Positions 53,843 through 64,000 of a stretch of DNA of 64,000 nt are shown in pieces. Each line of letters begins with the position of its first letter. Positions within the stretch are counted from its first letter, which is position 1. A model generated the notes under the pieces. The model did not search any database. It saw only the letters and a program-made list of their open reading frames with translations, and was not told the DNA's origin. Both the position numbers and the translations under genes were made by a program. This DNA comes from Octopus sinensis. Its lineage: Eukaryota. The stretch covers positions 73,532,001-73,596,000 of the forward strand of contig NC_043005.1 of the NCBI RefSeq assembly GCF_006345805.1. Reading direction: 5' to 3'.

Positions 53843-54480
53843 GTGTATATATTAAAAAATTTTCAGAATGAGATAAAAAGAAAACCAAGGTTGTGAATAT
53901 TTTAGAACATTTATAAATAGGTTTTACTATATATTACTTATTATATTATTATATTCCTTATTTTATCCCTTCATCGGAGATGGTGTAAGAAGATAGTTAA
54001 GCAATAGTTAATTTAGATAAGATACGAAACAGAGAGTGAACTGGCGGAATGAAAATAGATGTGAGCTATGCAGGGATATTACATTTGTAGATCCATGATT
54101 TAGGCTGATTCCAATACCTTGTGAATAAAATCCAATAGTATCTGAAATTGGTCATTCTAAGTATAGAGTGTATAGTACACAGTGCTATTGAATCAAGGGT
54201 TTTATTTAAAGTGACCTAAAAGTAGGGAATGTATTTGTAAGGTCAAATCGAAAAGAGGAAGAGAGGAATAATTTGACCTTACAAATACATTCCTCCAATT
54301 CACTCTCGTATTGTATCGTATCTACTTAAATATTGCTTAACTATATTCTCATACCGTCTCCGATGAAGGGATATAATAAATATCCTGGAAACAGCTGTAA
54401 GACCTATTTATAAATTGTCTAAAATCTTCACAGCCTTGGTTTTTTTTATCTCATTCTGAAAAAAAAATGTATATATATAT
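53843..54480. mobile_element. Divergent inverted pair of a Penelope-like terminal repeat (about 53843-54090 minus, about 54226-54480 plus)
   Basis: Both contain TTCACTCTC...TATTGCTTAACTAT...TCTCCGATGAAGGGATA...CCTATTTATAAAT...CCTTGGTTTT...TATCTCATTCTGAAAA. Confidence 0.75.
54356..54403 (+). ncRNA. Minimal hammerhead-like motif, U4C core
   Basis: GTCT|CCGATGA|A|GGGATAT-AATAA-ATATCCT|G|GAA|ACAGCTGT|A|AGAC. Confidence 0.55.
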
Positions 54481-54587
54481 ATACCGGTGTAAACACATAA
54501 ATATGAAACAAGGTGGAGAAAAGAGTACTCAAATACCTGGGGTAGAGTAATATGCTTTATTTAAAAGCACCAGAAATTCAACAAAAC

Positions 54588-54625
54588 CTGTTACTCGGAG
54601 TTTCACGTTCCCGTTCGTCGGACAG
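54588..54625 (-). ncRNA. Minimal hammerhead-like motif, U4C core, GNRA-capped stem II
   Basis: Minus strand reads CTGT|CCGACGA|ACG-GGAA-CGT|GAA|ACTC-C-GAGT|A|ACAG. Confidence 0.55.
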
Positions 54626-54644
54626 TTTTGTTAATATATATATA

Positions 54645-54682
<38 letters not shown>

Positions 54683-55233
54683 TGTGTATGTACGTGTATG
54701 TAGATATGTATGGATGTTTGTATATATATCTAGCTTACCCCTTGCTTTGCTACTTGTTCTTTATTCTTTCTCCCGACTATGTATATAGAACTCCTGACTA
54801 CTAACTGTAAATACATTTTGTATCACTTGACTCTCTATCTGAAGCGAAATATACACATGTGTGTGTGTGCGTGCGTGCGTGTGTGTGTGTGTGTATGTGT
54901 GTGTGCGTGTGTGTGATTGTGTGTGTGTCTACGTATTAGTTTATTTCACTGCATTCGGGGATTCTCATTACACTGTCGCCATCCAATTTCATTCTGATGA
55001 ATTTGGATTGGGAGTTTGAATCATAGCGAATATTTCATTAGCTGGTTACACAACCATGGACACAATCTCCACGTATGCGTTGCAGTTCCTCTCCTCATAA
55101 AGTTTGGTGATCCTGACCGTTAAACTCCTAGGATTCCTCCGCTCAGCATCAATGTAAGAAGCGCTGTTGGCTCAGCTCAGCTCTTCCGCTACTTCTTCAA
55201 AATCCGCCATGCTACAATTCCATGACATCAGCG

Positions 55234-55265
<32 letters not shown>

Positions 55266-55283
55266 TGTATGTATGTATGTATG

Positions 55284-55310
<27 letters not shown>

Positions 55311-55315
<5 letters not shown>

Positions 55316-55593
55316 CCTCAGTAAAGCTGGACTCAAGACTCATCTTCGTAGTCATAAAGCGAGACAGATGAGTGACAACCTGGTCACTGGTGGTGGTGTA
55401 ACACATCATACTAATCATATCTGTCGGGCATGTGGAAGAGAGTGTAATTCGGCAGGAGGGCTTAAATGACATGCAAAAGTACATGAAGCCCAGTTACAAC
55501 TACAGCTGGGCTAAAAAGTCACATTCGATCATAGCACCAGTAACAGTTAAGCTTCGTGCAATGGCCATACTCGATAACGAGGGAGCAGCCATA
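55311..55593 (+). mobile_element. RTE-clade LINE extreme 3' end (C2H2 zinc fingers and tail hairpin)
   Basis: VCLSKAGLKTHLRSH...HICRACGRECNSAGGLK*HAKVH, then the CTCG-ATAA-CGAG hairpin. (TATG)n lies on both flanks. Confidence 0.65.
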
Positions 55594-55709
55594 ATGTATG
55601 TATGTATGTACGTATGAATGTATGTATGCATGTATGTATGTATGTATGTACGTATGTATGTATGTATGTATGCATGCGTGTGTATGTATATATGTATGTA
55701 TGTAATACA

Positions 55710-56097
55710 CTTTTACTGTTTAGTTATTTGACTGCGGCCATGCTGGAGTACCGCCTTTAGTCGAGCAAATCGACCCTAGGACTTATTCTTTGGAAGCCTA
55801 GTACTTATTCTATCGGTCTCTTTTACCGAACCGCTAAGTGACGGGGACGTAAACACACCAGCATCGGTTGTGAAGTGTTGTCGGGGGACAAACACAGACA
55901 CACACACATACATATACACATATATACATATACACGACGGGCTTCTTTCAGTTTCCGTCTACCAAATCCACTCACAAGGCTTTGGTCGGTCCCGAGGCTA
56001 TAGTAGAAGACACTTGTTCAAGGTGCCACGCAGTGGGACTGAACCCGGAACCATGTGGTTCGTAAGCAAACTACTTACCACAAAGCCACTCCTACGC
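55710..56097 (-). mobile_element. SINE family A, full length
   Basis: Reverse complement of the 20474 copy. Confidence 0.92.
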
Positions 56098-56909
56098 TTA
56101 TTGTATGTACATTAATCACTGATCGTTGCATTTGAAAAGGAGAGATTGATGAGTTCCACTCGGTGTAAGTAAATATTAAGGTTCTTACAATCGAAATCAC
56201 TGCTTTGTGATTTCTCTTGACGACGCTTACGCCTCTTTCTAATCCTGAATCTCTATAAATACGTCTTTGGGCTTCGAGCAGATTCTACTCACAAAATTCC
56301 GTTCACAATCCGTTGGGAAACGTACACGTGCGATTATTTCCACATTACCAATGAAAGCATATAAATAAATCTCTAGAATGTCAACTCGAACCCATAGTCA
56401 CGTATTGGTAAAACAAATTTCTTAAACATAAGGCCATGTGTACGTCATGTTAGAAAACTTTTCTACCAACAAGTGTCTTAAAAGCAAGCGCACATCGGAA
56501 ACCTTTTATATGTTTGACGTATATGAAATTACATAGAATTCTATAATAGAAGAGAGGAGGTCAGTTTAACGGTATAGAGTTGTCTTTCAGATATTTCCAT
56601 GTCATTTCATACTCACTTCACTCAGATATACGAATCACTAAAATGTAATCAATAGTTATATTTCTATCTTTCTACTGAAAGCCACATCCTACATGTACAC
56701 ACATATACATTACACATTAGGCATACGCATAGATATACACACACACAAACTCACACACACATGTATATTATATATATATATATATATAATATTATATATA
56801 ATATATAATTTATATATATATACATCTAAATATACAGCACGTAGGTGGCTGTGTGTATGCACGTGCATACATAACGGCAATGATGTTTAAATATGTTTGT
56901 ATGTATGCA

Positions 56910-56975
<66 letters not shown>

Positions 56976-57142
56976 TATATATATAATATATATATACATA
57001 TGTATATACGCATGCGCATCTTTATGGAATAGATTTAATAATCTTGGGAACAATGTGTTCTAAAAAAAATACAGTTTTACGATGAGTTTATGTCAGATTA
57101 ATATCATGCATACACATAAAACGTAAACCTTTGTTTATAGTA

Positions 57143-57405
57143 CGCAATATGGTAGTCATATACATACATAGAAACGGAAACACACACACACAGTCACAAA
57201 TTTACACACACAGGTATATAAATACATATGTACACTTAAATATAAATATATATATGTATATATATATATAACATATATACATGTATAATATAGTACGCAA
57301 TATGGATGTCATATACACAACAGAAACGGGAATACACACACACCGTCACACACAAAAAGACGTGTACACATTATATAAATATATATATGTATATATATAT
57401 ATCTA

Positions 57406-57450
<45 letters not shown>

Positions 57451-57560
57451 AGTAACGCAATATGAAAGTCATATACATACATAGAAACGGAAACACACAT
57501 ACGCAGTAACACATATGTATATAAATATACATGTACATTAAATATAAATAAATATATTTA
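57143..57560. repeat. 3 imperfect tandem units of about 155 bp built around microsatellites
   Basis: CGCAATATG..AGTCATATACA...AGAAACGG(G)AA recurs at about 57143, 57295 and 57456. Confidence 0.75.
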
Positions 57561-57703
57561 ATATATATACACATACACACAAACATATATATATATTTAT
57601 ATATATGCTTACGTACATTTATACATGTGTAAATAATGTGTACAGTAGCATAGATGCATACATACAATCATATATGCATATATATATATATATATATATA
57701 TGC

Positions 57704-57744
<41 letters not shown>

Positions 57745-57753
57745 TGTGTGTGT

Positions 57754-57795
<42 letters not shown>

Positions 57796-58749
57796 GTAGG
57801 GTTGCATATTTAAAATTGTGACGGCATTGTATTGTTTTCTGTAAAGGATTTATAGGCAGTTTTATTGCATTTGTTTTAAAGAAAGAAGAACCAAAGCACA
57901 CAAAACAGTTATGTTTTTGAAAATATTTACATAAGATATCCTCTATTCTGCATAGAAACTTTTGCAATATCCGTCCGACGATCGCGACAACCATTAATAC
58001 TTCATGATTCTTGGTTTTCCATTTCTTTTCTTTCCTAGTCGCTTAATCCATATTTCTTCTTTCGTTTCCATGAAGCAAGATTTTGTTATCTCTTTTTTTA
58101 TATTGTTTTTATAATTTTTCAGACTCTCGTTCAAACTTACTCTCCCTCTTTCCCCTCTCCCGCCCTCTTTCTCTCTCACACAAATCCAAACTCTATCAAT
58201 TTGTCTATCCCTATCTCCTTCTCCCTCCCTCTCCCTTTCTCTCTCCCACTTTCTCTCCCCCTCTTTGTCCCCCCTCTCTCACAACTCTCTCCTTCCTTCT
58301 TTTCTTCTACCCTTCCTTTCCTTCTTCTCCCTCATTCCTAATCTCTATTCCTCTCTCCGCTCTCCCTCTCTTTGTATATCTGTATCTCTTCTATCATAAT
58401 CATATCGATATGTTCTCCCTTAATTGATGTTGTTGTCGTTGTTGTCGTCATTTGTTGTTAGAGATGTACTTTCTTTCATAGAGCTCCGCTTAGAAATAAA
58501 CATTTCCACGGTTATTTTATGAACAAAAATGTATTTTTTAATTTCTTTTCACAAACAACGACTTCGAAACAGTAGTATGCAACCTCACCCGTCTCTAGTC
58601 AACAAAACCTATAATGTTAGACATTTCTATTCAATGAAAATATTATTGCGAAGATTCCTTGAAATTTGTTTATTGGTCTGTAAATTTGGCTATTTCGGGA
58701 TAGCGCATAAAATGCGTCGCACTGACGGTAAAGGGTATAAAAGCGGAAA

Positions 58750-59372
58750 ATCTCCTTTCGGTCATGAATGACTATGCGAATGCACCCAGAAAGTTAACCC
58801 TCCGAGGCACAAGTCCGGGCAAGATTGTTTATAGGAGACCAGCAGTCGCCCGGGAATATTAGCCTCCCCTCTCCACACCACTGATGTTATCCAAAGGAAA
58901 GGCAAAGTGGAGGCACATGGGCTAGTGGTTAGAGCAGCAGACTCGCGGTCGAGGGATCGCGGGTTCGAATCTCAGACGCGGCGATGTGCGTGTTTATGAG
59001 CGAAATATCTAAGCTCCATGCGGCTACGGCAGAAGGTATTGTCGAAATGCTGACTCTTTCGACACAACTTTCTCTCACTCTTTCCTCCTGAATCTTGCAG
59101 CTCACCTGCGACGGACCGGCGTCCCGTCCAGGTGGGGAACCTATACGCGAAGGAAACCGGGAAACCGGCCCTTATGAGCCAGGCGTGGCTCGAGAAGCAA
59201 CAAACAAAGGAAAGGCAAAGGCCGATACAGCTTGAAACCAGTGACGTTGCAACCCATTTCTACAGCTGAGTGAACCAGAGCAACGTGAAATAAAGTGTCT
59301 TGCTCAAGAACATAACATGCAGCCCGATCCGAGAATGGAACTCACTACTCGACGTTCTAACCATTGAGCCAA
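58750..59372 (-). mobile_element. tRNA-derived SINE (head H2, tail Te) interrupted by a younger SINE
   Basis: The head region TTCTTGAGCAAGACACTTTATTTCACGTTGCTC matches the H2 copies, and the sequence is continuous once 58908-59220 is removed. Confidence 0.75.
58908..59204 (+). mobile_element. tRNA-derived SINE (H1 variant, tail Td) with 16-bp TSD
   Basis: CAAAGGAAAGGCAAAG at 58892-58907 and 59205-59220. Confidence 0.93.
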
Positions 59373-59384
59373 AACGAATTTATC

Positions 59385-59830
59385 TTCAATATGAAGGTTT
59401 CAAATTTTGTCACAAGGCCAGCAACTTTGAAGGAGGGAAAAGGTCGAGTACATCGAACCAATTGTTCAGCTGATACTTATTTAACCGTTCACCGGAAGGA
59501 TAAGAGGCAAAGTCGACTTTGGCTGAATTTGAACTCAGAACCTAAAGACAGATTAAATGCCGCTAAGCATTATGCCCTGGCATGCTAACGATTCTGTTAG
59601 ATCGCATCCTTCTTTATTCTCAACATATTGAAAGTACAAGGCAGCGAGCTGGCAGAGACGTTAGCACGTCGGGCGAAATGCTTAGCAGTATTTCTTCTGC
59701 CTTTACGTTCTGAGTTCAAATTCCGCCCAGGTCGACTTTGCCTTTCATCCTTTCGGGGTCGATAAATTAAGTACCAGTGGCGTACTGGGGTCGATCTAAT
59801 CGACTGTCCCCCTCCCCCAGAATTTCGAGC
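59385..59830. mobile_element. Two SINE C copies head-to-head (about 59385-59615 minus, 59636-59830 plus)
   Basis: The core is present in opposite orientations. Confidence 0.8.
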
Positions 59831-60029
59831 CTAACATAGTTTTTAAAATATAAACATCACATATACAATTAAATAAACAGAAATTGTTATAAACACATAG
59901 AGCCAGTGTTTGACAAACTAAAGCAAACCATTAAATAGCATTTAAAACATATCAACTCATTCTTTGCTAGTAATAATTGGTTCTTTAGGGAATTTGAGTC
60001 ATGATATCGGTAAATAGCTAAAAGAGATT

Positions 60030-61095
60030 TGAATGGAATTTGTGGCATGGTGATCGGATTTCATATTTCAGGACGTTACTCTGATAATTCCTAACTGGAT
60101 GGAAATGGTCCTCAGTCTTTGGTTTGAGACCAGATCATGATAGCTGCTGTTGAACAAGGTTTTGATCTACATCAGGGTCTTTGACTCTAGTCGAGTATTT
60201 GCCATGCAGCGGCCTTTGCTCCCATCTTTTCTTTACATAGTAGAGGCTGGTTTGTTTGGTTATGGTTTTTATTTGTGTTGTCTTGTCTGTTGGGGACACA
60301 TTTTCTTCGGGCACTGGTTCTTCTTGTTACATTTCTTGAAGGCATATTTTCGTGATTTTCGTCACTGAGCGCATATCTTTAGTAACTTCATGTTTCAGAA
60401 CCAGCATTACCATCTGTTTATTTGCTTGCTGCAGGAAGACAGAATGTCCCGTGGCTGTAATTTTCAATGGTATTCAAATTTGTATTAACCCCCGACCGCT
60501 TTCTTTTCTTGGGAGATATATATTCGGTCTGTGTCTTCCTTTTTTGAGTAATACATACAATGCATTGTCATCAGCTTTCGTATTTTGACATCAACTTTGT
60601 TGATCTCAGGGACGGACTAGTTTGATCTGTATGTGATTATAGACATGACCAATGTATCTATGGCCTCAATTTTATTTCTGGATTTGAGCTCACTTTTCAG
60701 AATGCTTCTTCTTCTTCTTCTTCTTCTTCTTCTTCTTCTTCTTCTTCTTCTTCTTCTTCTTCTTCTTCTTCTTCTTCTTCTTCTTCTTCTTCTTCTTCTT
60801 CTTCTCCTTCTTCTTCGGTAGTAGTCCTTCCTTATCTTTCTCATTAGCAAGTGTTTAATTCCATATCTTTCGCTCCTAGAACTTATAACTGCCCCGCGTT
60901 TCTAATTCTTCTATCTCGGTGGCTCTATCTAGGATGATGTTGTATGTATTTGATATGTATTTATTTGATGTTGTATGTATTTGATAGCTTTCTCTTGATA
61001 AATGTAGCCTTGGCGTATTTGTCAAACCTAAATTCCATTTTGATGCCATCGCTAAATTGTTTGACTGTATGTAAGAATGTTTGCAGATCTTGATA
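60030..61095 (-). mobile_element. R4/Dong-like RT remnant with internal (GAA)n expansion
   Basis: Minus-strand frames give FSDGIKMEF...KYAKATFIK, KIRKDYYRR(R)nSILKSELKSRNKIEAIDTL, and DTDRIYLPRKESGRGL. Confidence 0.75.
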
Positions 61096-61461
61096 ATTCT
61101 ATAAAGAAGAGATGAGTAATCGTTTTTCTATAACGCTTTGTGGTCACAATTTCTTTCATTCATGCGATTACTTAGAGGAAACAGTGGTAAACAACAAAAA
61201 AAACAAGAAATAATGACCCTTCTTGAAAGATTCCACATTAATATTCAGTTTAACATCGTTTATATTTGCAGAGTGTCATTGTTGATAATAAATGTCGCTT
61301 TTTAGAGCTTCTTGGCGTGAGATACAAAATTCAAGACTAATGGTGAAGTTTTGAACATCTTCAAGATATTTTTCATCCAGCTGTGAGGAATATTATCAGA
61401 GGCCTTTCAGGTCACAGAGAGATGTTTTTTCCTGCTGTTAGTATCATTAATATTATTATAT

Positions 61462-61620
61462 AGTGAGAGAGCAGCACACACCATCAAAGTGACACTGACG
61501 TACAAATAGACGAGGCTCAGTATACCCATTGTGACTACCCGTCTAAGTGTACACAAGGCACATGCATCACAACAGTATGTGCGCAACATGGGGATCTCAT
61601 ATCACAATAAGTAGCACCTA
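61462..61620. mobile_element. Family D, fragment
   Basis: GTGAGAGAGCAGCACACCATCAAAGTGACACTG after an ATT-rich flank. Confidence 0.75.
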
Positions 61621-61699
61621 GCCATGCGACAATTCGTTTTTTATGCATTCTGAGTTCAAATCCCAACTAAATCGACTTTACTCAGCAGTATTTTTTCAT

Positions 61700-62250
61700 T
61701 CAGAATTTAAATTACCCTGAGATCGACTTTGCCTTTCATCCTTTTAGTGTCGGTAAAATAAGTACCAGTTGAACACTGGGGTTGATTTGATCAACTTGCC
61801 CCCCTCTCACAAAATTTCAGCACCGTGCTTATAGTAGAAATTATTATTATTATTATTATTATTATTATCATTATTATTATTATTTTCAAAGGCAGCGAGC
61901 TGGCAGAAACGTTAGCACCGCCAGCGAAATGCTTACCAGTATTTCGTCTGCCGTTACGTTCTGAGTCCAAATTCCGCCGAGGTCGACTTTGCCTTTCATC
62001 CTTTCGGGATCGATAAATTAAGTACCAGTTACGCACTGGGGTCGATGTAATTGGCTTAATCCGCTTGCCTGTCTTTGTTTATCCTCTCTGCGTTTAGCCT
62101 CTTGTGGGTAGTAAAGAAATAGGTATTTTGTCAGCCACTACGTTCTGATTTCAAATTCCGCCGAGGTAGACTTTGCCTTCTATCTTTTCGGGGTCGATAT
62201 TTGACATAACCCCTCATCCAAATTTCAGGCATTGTGCCTATAGTAGAAAA
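61700..62250 (+). mobile_element. SINE C fragment (about 61700-61830) plus SINE C with two body units (61889-62250)
   Basis: Units start at about 61940 and 62123. Confidence 0.85.
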
Positions 62251-62888
62251 TATTATTACTATTGTTATTATTATCATTATTGTTTTTTTTTTATAGTTTT
62301 TATTATTATTGTCAGCACTCTAATTTTAAAACAATGCTATCATCTTTTATCTTTCATAGCTTACATAAAATATCTCTCAAATTCTGTATCCCTTCATCAC
62401 AGTGAGAATTTACTAACATCTATATTTCAACGTTGCTGTAATTTTTTTCCTCCCTGCAGCAACACTTCGCTCGTTTTGTATTCTCATATCTGACTCCCAT
62501 CTTATAGATGTATCGTTTTATGCAACCAACTGTATTTCATATCGTTATTTCTATTTCCCATTATTATACTCTGTCTTTTCGGCTATTATTAAATGGTAAA
62601 CACGCAGTATTCTAGGAATACATTTCACAGTTAGCATTAGTAAATGTATTTTACTGTCGTTAAGTGAAATCTATTATTTTTTTTTATGGTTACACCCGTA
62701 TCCTCATTGTTGTTTTAGCGTTTTTATGCGACTATTTGTGATAATGTAATAGCATGTCTTTTAACTAACGCTTGCATCTCCCTCCAATTATTTCTCTATG
62801 TATATTTTATATGTATGTGTGTATACAGACATATATTTACATACAAGCATATATGGAGTCGCAAACACCACACACACACAAATATATA

Positions 62889-62959
<71 letters not shown>

Positions 62960-63170
62960 AATGTATGTATATGTATGTATGAATACATATACATAAGTAT
63001 GTGGTATATGTACATGTCTATAAGTATATATTTACATACAAACACAGATGGACACACACATATAAGTACAAAGATATGTGTGCGTATATATATACATACA
63101 TAAATATGTGTATATATGTATGTATTTGTATGTATATATATATATATAAATATATCGATAGCTAGCTAGC

Positions 63171-63225
<55 letters not shown>

Positions 63226-63253
63226 GCATATTGATAGACTGATAGACTGGATG

Positions 63254-63325
<72 letters not shown>

Positions 63326-63355
63326 GTAGATAGATAGATAGATAGATAGATAGGA

Positions 63356-63389
<34 letters not shown>

Positions 63390-63591
63390 TTATAGACATG
63401 TACATATACCACATACTTATGTATATGTTCATACATACATATATATACATATATATAGTTGAGTGTAGAAATTCGGGGTGAGTACTTGATAATTATAAGC
63501 ACCTGTGTATACCGTTTGGTGGTGTAGGTGGTGGAGTAAATTGATCAAAATAAAAATAAAAATAAAAATAAAAACATGAGGCGAAGGATTC

Positions 63592-63671
63592 AGCGGTACA
63601 TATGTTTCGGGCCTTTATTAGACAGATACATAACAAATCATAATGTATGTCTGTGGCCTTCTTCAGCCGCT
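63592..63671 (-). ncRNA. Type-I hammerhead ribozyme motif with canonical core
   Basis: Minus strand reads AGCGG|CTGAAGA|A|GGCC...GGCC|C|GAA|ACATATGT|A|CCGCT. The predicted GUA cleavage is between 63597 and 63596. Confidence 0.78.
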
Positions 63672-64000
63672 CACAACAGCTTCCACAAGGACATGTGTTA
63701 GTTCCGAAATTCTTGGCTGGGGATGCAAATCTTCTCGTTCCCGTACGACAAAATGCGGCAGCAGCATCGAATTGAATCGTCCATCTCCTTCTTCTCTCAA
63801 TGTAGAATGAGGAAACTTGGATGTTGAGGTAATGTAAATAAATAAATACGTATATAGAGGTGAAGATGGAGGGGCGAGAGTTCGGGGCGAGGGATAAAAA
63901 ATATAAAATAATATAAAATAATGTATAAATGTAGATGATAAAGATATAAAGAGTTGTAAGGAGATGTAAAGGGGGTATAAAGGCATAATGTTGTAAAGTA

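Overview
AT-rich, microsatellite-saturated animal genomic DNA. The repeat families match those I recall from octopus (coleoid cephalopod) genomes, so the taxon is an inference. No host protein-coding gene, rRNA, true tRNA or CRISPR array can be supported, and almost all listed ORFs are translations of simple repeats. The window is a transposon landscape. It holds a nearly intact 5'-truncated Tx1/L1-clade LINE inside a (GATA)n tract (14466-18071, -), CR1-group, R4/Dong-like and RTE LINE remnants, a TIR-bounded Tc1 element (35792-36971), non-autonomous Helitrons plus a Pif1-type helicase remnant, and more than 25 copies of tRNA-derived SINEs with shuffled heads and tails. The least obvious signal is a set of minimal type-I hammerhead-ribozyme-like folds. 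Several lie in repeats ending at (TA)n tracts, and one copy of the four-copy family lies downstream of a Penelope-like GIY-YIG remnant. All have a palindromic stem III with no loop or a 1-nt loop, which implies a dimer. One has a canonical core (63592-63671). The others have non-canonical cores: A6U in four copies, U4C in two, and a compensatory G3:C8 swap in one. Cleavage activity is untested, and all coordinates were read by eye, so edges may be off by a few bases.
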